DNA of 64,000 nucleotides, taken from assembly GCA_950097015.1 (NCBI GenBank), contig CATNEN010000002.1:5332001-5396000 (forward strand), given 5' to 3'. Below are positions 37,070 to 49,032 of this stretch, in pieces. The position numbers and the translations under genes were made by a program. Every line of letters begins with the position of its first letter. Positions within the stretch are counted from its first letter, which is position 1. The stretch comes from Macrostomum hystrix (lineage: Eukaryota > Animalia > Platyhelminthes). Under the pieces are notes generated by a model, which saw only the letters and a program-made list of their open reading frames with translations, was not told the origin of the DNA and did not search any database.

Positions 37070-40000
37070 ATGGCCACAGAGACTAATGACTCAACTGATG
37101 CTGCTGCGGCTGTTCCCACACCAGCTGCTGAGTCTGCTGCCAATTCAGCCAGCGAAGCTTCGCCCTCTTCAAAGAAGTCTGGCGCGACTGCTCCAGCTGC
37201 TAATAGCGACAATTCGCCTGTGAAACAGTCGCCCAACGCCAAGGCAGACGAGGCCAAAGAGGATGCCAAGGCTAAGGATAAGGAGGCTAAAGCTAAGGAG
37301 ACGGCTAAGGCTAAGGAGGCTAAGGAGAAGGATACGAAAGCGAAGGACACTAAGGCTGCTAAGGCTAAGGAAGCAGACGAGGAAGACGCCAAGAAGGAGG
37401 AGGTTAAAAAGGCGCCGACTTCGCCAGAGAAGAAAAGTCGCCGAGCAGCAGCTGCCGCGCCAGAGCCGCCGACTCCTAGTCGCGAGGGAATGCGGCGCGA
37501 TAGGAAGAAGGTTGGTTCAGTGTCTCTAGTTTTGTTTGCCTCTCACATCAAGGTCCCTGGGCTCGATTCCGCGGCGAGGCCACGTTAATTTGGGGCGCAG
37601 CCGTGGAGAGAAGGCTTGGGGGGCTTGTCGTGCAATTCACACCCTTGCGGTCCGAAAATCCAAGGCACATCGAGAGTGTGCACTGCCTGACAATAAGTCA
37701 GGGCAGATGTACACACCTGGTCTAGTGTCACCAAATGATGTGCCGATGCACGCAGCCCTTCTACAAATATTCTTGTTATTAGAGGATCTAGTTTTTGTTC
37801 TCCTAATCACCAAGTACACACGCGCCTGATCCCAACAGGTCGAGCGTCTATCCGAAGTGATTGACCGTCAGTACCAGCAGGCCGTTGACAACCGAGTTGT
37901 TCTGCCCCAGGGCCGTGGTACAAAGCTTCGCGACTGTCCCAGAGTTCTGTACTTCATGTACCAGAGCAAGCCGGACGATCTAAAGCTGCTGCACAATCTA
38001 ATCTTCAATCGCGCCGGGGTGGCCAATGAGATCAGAAAGAATCTTCTGGAATTCAACGGCTTCGAGTTTGGCAAAGATTCCAAGGAGTTCGAGCGCCTCG
38101 TTGACCGGGCCGCCACTCGCAAAAGCAAAGAATTGAAGAAGAGCCTGTTCGCCCTGGATCTGGAGCGCTCGCAGGGCAGCGGCGGCACCAAAGAGATGGC
38201 CCAGAGGCTGTGCGAATTCCTTCTCAAACCCTTCGACAATGGCAAGAAGCCTCCCAAGAAGCTCTCCTTCCAGCTCATGCAGGAAGGTCGCAGCGGCAAG
38301 AAGGGCAAGTCCTCCAAGGGCAAGGCTAAGAAGTCTGCTGGAAAGTCGAAGAAGACCAAAGCTGCCACCGAGAGCAGCGATGAGGATGACGACCAGGAGG
38401 AAGAGGAAAAGGTGATTGGCAAATATTTGCTTCTTGAATTTATTTTAGAATTTTATTACTGCGGCACATCTAAAGGCAGCGAACGGCTGTTCAGTCCATG
38501 GACTGGGGGGGGAGACGACACACCCCCAATTACCCCAGCTCATGCTGGTACCCATTAAGCAGCTGGGTGAACTGAAGCAATTCAGAGTTAAGTTTCTGGC
38601 TAAAGGAATCGAGGTAATCGAACCCCTGACCTTTGAGTCGTGAGTTCGACGCTCTAACCACAAGTCAACAAAACTGGATTTTAAATAAATCCGTGGACCT
38701 AGGTTTTACTGGGTTAGTTTCAAATTGGGTACACAGAAATTGCATACATTGTCCAGATGTACTCAGAATTTCCTTGAGAAATTATTCGGCTAAGATTCGA
38801 ACTCCCGACCACTCGGTCAGAAGTCCAAATTTCCAACCACTGAGCCACTGCCTCTCTTAGTCTCTCCCTCGTTCTCATTCTCAATCTGATGTCACTCTCT
38901 GCCCCTCTATCATGCATCCCTTTTTCTATTTGTATGTCTTTCACTCTGTGTTGCTGTCTCGCTGTTCACCAATTTCTTTTTTAGTTATTGTTCGAACACA
39001 ATGAGCTTGCTGCTTGGCCAATGTGAAGAGAACCATGACCTCATTTAACATTATACCGTGTGCGCCTAGGTTACCATGGAAACAGACGAAGAGGGCGCCG
39101 ACTCGGAGCGCCTGACCAGCAGCAGCGAGTCCGAGCCTGAGTCGGACGACTCCGACGCCAAGAAGAAGAAGAAAAAGAAACCGAGCAGCAAGAAGAAGTC
39201 GGCCTCCGCTAAGAAGGCATCGCCCAAGGCCAAGCCGAAGAAGGCAGCCGCCGAGCCGAGCCGCAAGCGGAAGGCCTCGGCTTCGGACTCTGAGGAGGAG
39301 CAGGAGCAGGAGGAGTCCGGAGCCAAGAAGCCGGCCGCTAAAAAGGCTGCCACCGCCGCTGTTGCAGATTCTTCTTCCGACGAGGAGGACAATGTGCCGC
39401 TAAAGAAGCTCAAGGCCGCGCCTGAAGAGCCCGCCAAGCCGCCAACTGATGACGAGATTAAGAAGGCTGTTGCTGAGGTAGTTGCCAAGGCCGACTTGGA
39501 TAATCTGATGCTGAGCACGGCTATTAAGCAGGTATGAGCACTTTTGGTAGTGAAGCATTGTGATTTGGATTGCTTTGACCAGATGTCGGCAAATTCCGGC
39601 CCGTTGCCCCTTCCGACACCTACAGTATCCTGTCTAATCTATCCCCTATCTCGTCTCTCCCGTGTCTCATCCCTCCAGTGTCTCATCTCTCACCTGTCTC
39701 ATCTCACTTGTGTCTCATATTTCTACAGTCAATGCGGCCCGATGTCGTCTTTTAGGTGCTCTATTTGACCCGCTAGCTAATAAGTCTGCCGACCCCTGGC
39801 TTAGACTCTTGCTTGCTTGTTTTCTGATTTCTAAGGTTTCTAAGGTTCTGATAATAGCACGGTAATTGGTGACAGTCAACGGGTAGGCAATTCTGTCCGT
39901 TCCGCTGACTTCTGAGTACACACACAGGTGGTGTACATCTGACCTCATCGCCAGGCAGTGTAAATTGCATGACAAGCCCTCCAAGCCTTCTATACGCGGC

Positions 40001-40290
40001 TGCGCCCTAAATTGAATGTGGCCTCGCCGCGGAATCGAGCCCAGCAGCCTTGGAGCGGCTGGGAAACACCCATACAACTTTAGGCTGATAATTGGCATGC
40101 ATGATTCATGAATATTTTCAGGTGTATGCCAAGTTTCAACCCGTTGACATCAGCGATCGAAAGGATTTTATTAAAACAATCTTCAAGGAGGTAAATATTG
40201 GTCAATTTTATAACAAATCGAAGTTACTAAATCAAAGATTTTTAGAAGTCATTCCTAAACTATTTTATATTTTTTTTCCAGATGCTCTAA
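37070..40290 (+). CDS. DEK: DEK chromatin protein, 5 coding exons, ~517 aa
   Basis: Exons 37070-37510, 37839-38411, 39070-39531, 40122-40190, 40282-40290 (all phase 0). RDRKKVERL, QGRGTKLRDCP, LKLLHNLIFNRAG...IRKNLLEFNGFEF, LDLERS...AQRLCEFLLKP (SAP region), acidic/basic linker, DEK_C PPTDDEIKKAVAEVVAKADLDNL...KQVYAKFQPVDISDRKDFIK. The terminal micro-exon is the least certain part. Confidence 0.92.
37535..37790 (+). mobile_element. SINE family B copy (DEK intron 1)
   Basis: GCCTCTCACATCAAGGTCCCTGGGCTCGATTCC head plus family B body; occupies most of the 328-bp intron. Confidence 0.78.
38461..38665 (-). mobile_element. SINE family A copy (DEK intron 2)
   Basis: CTGTTCAGTCCATGGACTGGGGG...GCTGGTACCCAT...GCTGGGTGAACTGAAGCAATTCAGAGTTAAG...ATCGAACCCC. 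A separate tRNA-head relic lies at ~38795-38835. Confidence 0.82.
39850..40065 (-). mobile_element. SINE family B copy (DEK intron 3)
   Basis: Reverse complement contains GGGCTCGATTCCGCGGCGAGGCCAC...GGGCGCAGCCGCG...AGAAGGCTTGGAGGGCTTGTC, matching 37.5 kb. Confidence 0.78.
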
Positions 40291-41039
40291 GCTGATAGCC
40301 AAGTCATCAGAATTTGCAAGAGGTCGGTGGTTCGCTCTCCTCTGCTAGATCGTCCGGTCATTTGTTTGCACAAAACTTAGTGTCGTTCATTTTCCTAATT
40401 ATTTTTGTATCTCTTATTGTATTGTCAAATGTTATGAATGAACAATGGGCAGCGATTTAATGTGTTTTGCTGTCACTTTTATTACAATAGTACTAATACT
40501 AGCGTACCTGTTGTTTCCTACTAGTATACTATTGGTACATCTGAATAAATAATTTTGGTATCACTTTTTATTCTAGCAAACAAATTGAGTAATTTCGTAT
40601 TTTATTCCAAATCTTTAAACATTTTATCAGCCTGCACCTTAATGTTGTTTCTAATTATAACCAATATATAATTGTATATATTCCCTGTTCCCTACTCAAT
40701 AGTAGCGTGTTTAGCGTTTCTTAATTCTACTATTTTAAACTTTTTATTGTATAAATAATTTTCATGGCATTTTCCATCCCAGCTTTTATTTAATAAAACT
40801 AAGTTTAACAATTTTATCAATCCCCGTGAAAACGATTTGAAAATGGCACAAACACTGCTTTTGTCCATTTGCACTCTACCTGGATCTTCGGTGTTGAATC
40901 TAAATACGTATACATAATTTTTGTTAAGTATAATAAAAGTTACTTTTGCGTGCGCAAATAGGAGTAAATTTAGGCCTCAAATTGGTACTGAATGACTTTG
41001 TGTTCTTGTTTATTAATAACAAATGTATTTTTTTAAATC

Positions 41040-42295
41040 TATGATCAGTCATTACCCGCTAATCCACAGTCTCATGATCAGTCATTGCCCTGCAATCCAC
41101 AGTCTCATGATCAGTCATTGCCCTGCAATCCACAGTCTCATGATCAGTCATTGCCCTGCAATCCATAGTCTCATGATCAGTCATTACCCTGCAATCCACA
41201 GTCTCATGATCAGTTATTACCCGCTAATCCACAGTCTCATGATCAGTCATTGCCCTGCAATCCACAGTCTCATGATCAGTCATTGCCCTGCAATCCACAG
41301 TCTCATGATCAGTCATTGCCCTGCAATCCATAGTCTCATGATCAGTCATTACCCTGCAATCCACAGTCTCATGATCAGTCATTACCCGCTAATCCACAGT
41401 CTCATGATCAGTCATTGCCCTGCAATCCACAGTCTCATGATCAGTCATTGCCCTGCAATCCATAGTCTCATGATCAGTCATTACCCTGCAATCCACAGTC
41501 TCATGATCAGTCATTACCCTGCAATCCACAGTCTCATGATCAGTCATTACCCTGCAATCCACAGTCTCATGATCAGTCATTACCCTGCAATCCACAGTCT
41601 CATGATCAGTCATTGCCCTGCAATCCACAGTCTCATGATCAGTCATTACCCTGCAATCCACAGTCTCATGATCAGTCATTACCCTGCAATCCACAGCCTC
41701 ATGATCAGTCATTGCCCTGCAATCCCCAGTCTCATGATCAGTCATTGCCCTGCAATCCATAGTCTCATGATCAGTCATTACCCTGCAATCCACAGTCTCA
41801 TGATCAGTCATTACCCTGCAATCCACAGTCTCATGATCAGTCATTACCCAGCAATCCACAGTCTCATGATCAGTCATTACCCTGCAATCCACAGTCTCAT
41901 GATCAGTCATTACCCTGCAATCCACAGTCTCATGATCAGTCATTACCCTGCAATCCACAGTCTCATGATCAGTCATTACCCTGCAATCCACAGTCTCATG
42001 ATCTGTCATTACACTGCCATCCACAGTCTCATGATCAGTCATTACCCTGCAGTCCACAGTCTCATGATCAGTCATTACCCTGCAATCCACAGTCTCATGA
42101 TCGGTCATTACCCTGCAATCCACAGTCTCATGATCGGTCATTACCCTGCAATCCACAGTCTCATGATCGGTCATTACCCTGCAATCCACAGTCTCATGAT
42201 CGGTCATTACCCTGCGATCCACAGTCTCATGATCAGTCATTACCCTGCAATTCACAGTCTCATGATCAGTCATTGCCCTGCAGTCCACAGTCTCG
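41040..42295. repeat. Minisatellite, 33-bp unit CAGTCTCATGATCAGTCATTACCCTGCAATCCA between DEK and lin-41
   Basis: About 38 tandem units, no indels seen. Confidence 0.97.
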
Positions 42296-42507
42296 ACCCT
42301 CCTATCTGAAGTACCGTAAACTAAACAGATTAAGAACTTGGTAGTCAGATTTTTAAGTTTAATTGCTTAGCGTACTTTAAAAGTGCATTTTTACCAATTT
42401 CTATTTGTATTGCATTTCAGGCGCGCCTATTTGCGCTGCGCCCAATGGCGGGAGTTTGATAGATTAAAGAATTGCATACTAATTAAATAGTTATTAGTAG
42501 CACAACA

Positions 42508-45500
42508 ATGTCAGCCATTAACAGCAGCAGTGTTCTAGCTGGCGGTACTACTGTCACTTCTTCAGCTATCAGTAGTATAAGTAGCGGCGGATATTACTCG
42601 GGCGCATTCGGCATCGGCTCGGGCATTGTTAACAATGCTACTACTGATAGTAGCAGTGATAGCCCACACCATACTAACAACTCTTCCGTTGCTATGCTGT
42701 TTCCAACGGACGATTCGTTGCCTCAGCAGCAGCAGCAGCTATTGTTTTTAGATACCAGCATGGCCAGGCCAGCAGGCCAGCAGCGGCAGCAGCAGCCAAT
42801 AGGCAGCAGTAGATTCTTATCTCTTGGCTTGCGTTTGCACGACAATCAGGCTGTCGCTGGCAGTGCCAACAATGCGGAACCTGCCGCATCCGACTTGTCG
42901 GCTTGGTCCGAGTCTGCTCCGGGACCTACGCGCCTAGCAAACGGTGGCCCGGCTTCTTCGTCAACATCGTCGCTGATTGGCCTGCTTAATGCCAGCGTTG
43001 GCGGCGGTGTTGCCGGCTTGAGATCTCCGGGATCTGCTGCTGCTGCTGCAGGAACCCTTGCTTGTCGGAATTGCAGCATTAGCCAGGTGAGATGTGGCCT
43101 AATTACTCCTAAATTAAAATGATTTCTCATAAATCCAAGGTAGTGGGAAAATCGACAATGTCCCAAGATTCCGTATTTAGACAATGTCCTAAGATTTTAA
43201 GCAATTTGAAAATCGGCGATATTCATAAAAACCAAGCTAATGGAAAATCGACGATATTCCAAGAATCTAAGAATCCAGCTCTTGGAAAATCGGCGATATT
43301 CCAAGAATCCAAGTTAGTGGAAAATCGACGATATTCCAAGAATCCAAGTTAGTGGAAAATCGACGATATTCCAAGAATCCAAGTTAGTGGAAAATTGAAG
43401 ATATTCCTAGAATCCAAGTTAGTGGAAAATTGAAGATATTCCTAGAATCCAAGTTAGTGGAAAAATTTACTACATTCCAAGAATCCAAGAATCCAGCTCT
43501 TGGAAAATCGGCGATATTCCAAGAATCCAAGTTAGTGAAAAAATCGACTACATTCCAAGAATCCAAGTTAGTGGAAAATCGACGGACGATATTCCAAGAA
43601 CCCAAACTAGTGGAAAATCTATAATATCCCATCCCGACGCATCCAGTCCTTCTGTCAGGCCTGTCGCGACCGAGTCTGCCCCGACTGCGTCAGCTCTGGC
43701 CGGCACGCGCTGATCTGCAGTCTCAGCAACCGTCTGGCTCCTCTGGTGTCGCCATCGGGCTGCGGTCCGGTAAGTCCGTCAGCCGACGCAGCCGCCCTGC
43801 TGACACCTGGCGGATCCAATAAGAGGCCGCTGCTGCCTCCGTGGAGTCGCCAGATCGGCTCGTCTTTGTCCTCGACCTCAGCCGGCCAGCCCGCGATCTC
43901 AGGCGCCCTGGAACGCCTCGAACAGAAAGAGAACAGCGTGGCGGCCCAGTACGAGGAAGTCGCTCAGAGGGTGCGCGGCCATTTTAGACTGCTGCGCGAT
44001 CTGGTAGCTGAGCGAGAGTCTCAACTCATGACCGCCCTGCTGCAGGTGAAAGCATTGAAATTGTCTGCTCTGCAGGAGCAGCGAACCGCTTTGCTGGATA
44101 TTGGCACCGGGGCCGATCTCACCTACCTGCTGCAGGTGAGACCGGGTTTAATGCTCGCGCTTACCTTAAACAGCTCTTTTTATAATTTCATTTGAGTCTG
44201 AGTTCAGCTCTTAGCATGAGTGTGTGTGTTCTCAGTGGTCAAAGGAAACAAACGATTCGAACTCAACCTCTCTGCCCAGAAGTTTAAATCTCAAACAAGC
44301 TTTATAATAGTCTGTCTAGTTTGTCTGTCACCTGTCACTCCCTGGACTGAATTATAGATATTATATATATAGATAATCTACTAAGTATTGAACTTATAGA
44401 ATAAACAATATAATTATAAAGATTAAAAAAATAATTATAGAAAATCACTCTCAATAATCTAATCTGTCACTCTCCCATCATCTAGTCTTTCACTCTCCCA
44501 TCAGCTAGTCTCTGTCACTCTCCAATCATCTAGTCTGTCACTCTCCCATCATCTAGTCTTTCACTCTCCCATCAGCTAGTCTCTGTCACTCTCCAATCAT
44601 ATAGTCTGTCGTTCTCCAATTATTTAGTCTGTCACTCTCCAAACATCTAGTCTCTGTCACTCTCCAATCATCTAGTCTGTCACTCTCCAATCATCTAGTC
44701 TGTCACTCTCCAATCATCTAGTCTGTCACTCTCCAATCATCTAGTCTGTCACTCTCCAATCATCTAGTCTGTCACTCTCCAATTATCTAGTCTGTCACTC
44801 TCCAATTATCTAGTCTGTCACTCTCCAATCATCTAGTCTGTCACTCTCCAATTATCTAGTATGTCACTCTCCCATCATCTAGTCTCTGTCACTATCCCAT
44901 CATCTAGTCTGTCACTCCCCCATCATCTAGTCTGTCACTCTCACATCATCTAGTCTGTCACTCCCCCATCATCTAGTCTGTCACTCTCCCATCATCTAGT
45001 CTGTCACTCTCCCATCATCTAGCCTCTGTCACTCTCCAATTATCTAGTCTGTCACTCTCCTATCATCTAGTCTGTCACTCTCCAATTATCTAGTCTGTCA
45101 CTCTTCCATCATCTAGTCTGTCACTCCCCCATCATCTAGTCTGTCACTCTCCAATTATCTAGTCTGTCACTCTCCCATCATCTAGTCTGGCACTCCCCCA
45201 TCATCTAGTCTGTCACTCTCACATCATCTAGTCTGTCACTCTCCAATCATCTAGTCTGTCACTCTCTAATCATCTAGTCTTTCACTCTCCAATTATCTAG
45301 TCTGTCACTCTCCAATCATCTAGTCTGTCACTCTCCAATCATCTAGTCTGTCACTCTCCCATCATCTAGTCTGTCACTCTCCCATAATTTAGTCTGTCAC
45401 TCTCCATTAATTTTGTCTGTCACTCTCCTATCATCTAGTCTGTCACTCTCCATTCATCTAGTCTGTCACTCTCCAATCATCTAGTCTGTCACTCTCCAAT

Positions 45501-48500
45501 CATCTAGTCTGTCACTCTCCAATCATCTAGTCTGTCACTCTCCCATCATCTAGTCTGTCACTCTCCAATCATCTAGTCTGTCACACTCTCCAATCATCTT
45601 GTCTGTCACTCTCTAATAATGTAATATTGTATGATCCGAAAGAAATAGCTTAAGAGCACATGTGTTTTTTTGTATGAGATTCGAACTCCCGACCCTCTGA
45701 CCAAAAGTCAAAATTTTGACCTATCTAACCTGTATTTATTTTTTCTTTACTCAACATTTCACCTTCAATAAATAATCTTGAAGTAGCCGGTGCAGTTTTT
45801 TTCTCAAGTCATTACCTTTGTTTTTTTTAACTTCCTCGCCAGCCCTGGGAAGACGAGCGCCTGTTCTCTGTGCAGCCGCCGCTAGACCTGGCCAGACTAA
45901 TTCGCACCAGCTGCGCCATCTACAGCAGCGCCTGCGCCCAGTTCTGCCGACTAGCCCTGGCCAATGGTGACAAAGCCTTCGTTGGTAAGCCTTTCGCCTT
46001 TCGCCTGCTGGTCTTCGATCATCTGCGCCAGCCCTGCACCGTGTCCGCCAATGAGATCGACTTGCACCTCCGGCTGGATTGTCCTGACACAGCCGCAGCT
46101 TTGAATCCCTACGGACAGGTGCAACCTCTCAGCTTCCCGGGACAGTACCAGGTAAACGGCGCTGTTTTTAGATGTTCTATGTCTCTGTCTGTCACACTTC
46201 AGTTCTGTTTTTTTTTTCTATTCACTCTTTAGTTGTGTGTCACTCTAGTCGGTCACTCTTCAACTCTGTGTGTCATACTTGTCTGTCACTCTTCAACTGT
46301 GTGTTCTATTCTAGTCTGTCACTCTTCAGTTCTGTGTGTCACTCTAGTCGGTCACTCTTCAACTCTGTGTGTCATTCTTGTCTGTCACTCTTCGATTGTG
46401 TTCTATTCAAGTCTGTCACTCTTTAACTCTGTCTATTCCGTCACTCTCTAATCATCTAGTCTGTCACTCTCCAGTTATCTTCCAGTGTAGTCTGTCACTC
46501 CCCTTTCATAATCTGTCTGCCACCTACTGACAGATATTTGTATAGAGTTTAACAGGCCAGCCTCATCAACGCCGATTCTCCACCAGGTGACGCTGGTCCC
46601 TGAGCGCCCGGGTCGCCTAACAGTGAACCTTCGCCTTCGAGGCCGTCACGTTCCCGGCTCCCCGTTTGTCCTGCCAGCAATGGAGGCGCGCGACTATTCC
46701 ATGCTAGGCCTGGACGTTCGCGTCATCGGTCGTCAAGGCGACGGTGATTTGGAATTCAACCGGCCCTGGGGCATCTGCGCCGACGAATCAGACAATCTGC
46801 TCATTGCGGACCGGTCCAACAACCAGATCAAAATCATCCACTGCAGCGGCCGGTTTCTAAGAAAGTTTGGCCAACGAGGCGAAGGTCCGGGCGAGTTCAA
46901 TCGACCAGCTGGTGTGTGCCTGGGCTCCGACAAACGGATCTACGTGGCTGATAAGGACAATCACAGGATTCAGGTCTGTGGACTTCTTGAATATTTATTG
47001 GCTAGTAAAATTGTCCAGGGACAAAACAGCTGTCATTTTCTATATACTTATCTTTTTTCTCCTCTTAATCGACAAATATTTTTTAACAGTAGAACTACCA
47101 AACCATTTTGCACCCTGCTGACGGTGCTGGTGGCGTCGGGGTGGTGACTCATTGGTTGACAGACTAGGCGAGGGAGTCCTTTGGTTGAGGTGTGTGTCTA
47201 ATATTTAGGTTTGATCAGTGAAATTGGAGTAATTCGCGTCAGAGTGCCCGTAGTCGGCTGGTGCCCCACTTGTTGAAGGTCCAGCAGCTCCGTCTAGATA
47301 AAGATCGGGGATCAACGAAGTCGGAAAAATGTAGGCACATTTGGGTGACGCCTGTAAAGTTTGAAGGCCTGGCAAGGTAAAATTCGTGTCTAGGGGTATA
47401 AAGTACACTACGGCTCTTACGGAAAACCTTCGGCCAAAACTGTTGAATATCTCGATGGTCCGAAGGACTAGCGACTTGATCGCTAGCTTTAGCGAGAAAA
47501 ATATTTGGCAGGGGAGGATTTCCTAATCTTCTACTGTAAATCCCAATTTGTAGCAGACTAAATCAATCAATCAATAAGTCCACCTGGCCCCCTATTCTCC
47601 CGCCTTGTCGCAGATGTTTACCTGGCACGGCCAGTTTATGCGCATGTTCGGCAAACAGGGCAAAGGTCCGGCCGAGTTTAACTATCCCTGGGATCTGGCC
47701 GTCAGCAAGGAGGGCCGCCTGGCTGTGGCTGACTCTCGCAATCACCGGATTCAATTGTTCACGGAGGACGGCGATTACCTGACCGAGTTCTCCATCGCCC
47801 GCAGTCCCGGCTTTGCCGGTATCAAAAGCTTCGACTGTCCCAGAGGCATTGTGTTCACAGCCTCCGGTCAGCTGCTCTGCACCGACTTCAATCTGCATCG
47901 ATTCCTGGTCATCGAAGCCGACTTCTCGCAGGTTCGCTTCCTAGGCGTTGAGGGACAGGGACCTGGACAGTTCTGCAGGCCTCAGGTGAGACCATCGTTA
48001 TGTCTGTACGGAACTTTTCTCTTCTGATTGGCTTATCATCTAGTCTCTTCTGATTGGCTTATCATCTAGTCTCTTCTGATTGGCTTATCATCTAGTCTCT
48101 CCTGATTGCTTATCATCTAGTCTCTTCTGATTGGCTTATCATCTAGTCTATTTTGATTGGCTTATCACCTAGTCTATTTTGATTGGCTTATCACCTAGTC
48201 TATTTTGATTGGCTTATCACCTAGTCTATTTTGATTGGCTTATCACCTAGTCTATTTTGATTGGCTTATCATCTAGTCTATTTTGATTGGCTTATCACCT
48301 AGTCTATTTTGATTGGCTTATCATCTAGTCTATTTTGATTGGCTTATCACCTAGTCTATTTTGATTGGCTTATCACCTAGTCTATTTTGATTGGCTTATC
48401 ACCTAGTCTATTTTGATTGGCTTATCACCTAGTCTATTTTGATTGGCTTATCACCTAGTCTATTTTGATTGGCTTATCATCAAGTCTATTTTCATTGGCT

Positions 48501-48772
48501 TATCATCTAGTCAAACGCCGTCTTACCCCAGCTGAAATCTCTCGATGCTCATCCGGCAGGGTGTCGCGGTGGACCTTGAAGGCAACATCATCATCTGTGA
48601 GGCGCGCAATCACAGGCTGCAGATTTTGAACTCTCGCGGCGCCTTCGTGCGCGCATTCGGCTCCAACGGCAGCAAGATTGGCCAGCTCAACAGACCAGCC
48701 TGCGTGTGCGTCCTGAGCACGGGGCAGCTGGCTCTGGTGGACTCTGAGAACCATCGAGTCCTTCTGCTCTAG
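42508..48772 (+). CDS. lin-41: LIN-41/TRIM71-like TRIM-NHL protein (B-box, coiled coil, filamin, six NHL repeats; no RING), 6 exons, ~782 aa
   Basis: Exons 42508-43086, 43647-44135, 45843-46151, 46587-46973, 47614-47985, 48560-48772 (all phase 0). B-box CRNC..SFCQACRDRVCPDC..H split by intron 1; QPWEDERLF; filamin HVPGSPF; NHL repeats FNRPWGIC, FNRPAGV...VADKDNHRIQ, FNYPWDLAV...DSRNHRIQLF, FDCPRGI...TDFNLHR, FCRPQGVAVD, LNRPAC...DSENHRVLLL. Confidence 0.9.
43215..43620. repeat. Minisatellite, 35-bp unit GAATCCAAGTTAGTGGAAAATCGACGATATTCCAA (lin-41 intron 1)
   Basis: Tandem units ending ~25 bp before the acceptor. Confidence 0.92.
44460..45615. repeat. Minisatellite, 23-bp unit CTGTCACTCTCCAATCATCTAGT (lin-41 intron 2)
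   Basis: About 50 tandem units. Confidence 0.96.
46165..46520. repeat. Degenerate repeat related to the intron-2 unit (lin-41 intron 3)
   Basis: Recurrent GTCTGTCACTCT and ATCATCTAGTCTGTCACTCTCC. Confidence 0.75.
47133..47522 (+). mobile_element. Unclassified dispersed repeat, family D (lin-41 intron 4)
   Basis: Collinear with 27955-28400. Confidence 0.72.
48025..48510. repeat. Minisatellite, 26-bp unit TTATCACCTAGTCTATTTTGATTGGC (lin-41 intron 5)
   Basis: About 19 tandem units filling the intron. Confidence 0.96.
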
Positions 48773-49024
48773 GCGTCAGCAACTGACTCAAAACTCCGAT
48801 TGCGTTTTAATCAATTCTTCAGGGATTAATTTATGATTTAAGAAAACATAGCGAAATCATTTATATCCCCCATTTTCTACTTTTTATATGATTCTAAATC
48901 AGGACTTTGTGCTTCGTTTCAATTTTACACGCCCACACACGCACTCACAGAGCACACTGAACTCGCATGTCAAGCCTGATTGATGCAAACATTGAAGCAA
49001 CTTAGAATGCGCTTGTTTCAAGAG

Positions 49025-49032
49025 CTACCTCA
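49025..49032 (+). promoter_or_regulatory. let-7 8-mer target site (CTACCTCA) in the lin-41 3' UTR
   Basis: Exact complement of the let-7 seed plus A1, 253 nt after the stop codon; lin-41/TRIM71 is the canonical let-7 target. Confidence 0.72.

Noticed and set aside
47400-47425. Weak resemblance to a flatworm spliced-leader exon
   Set aside because: Only a short partial match to a sequence recalled from memory; no adjacent donor or Sm site arrangement.
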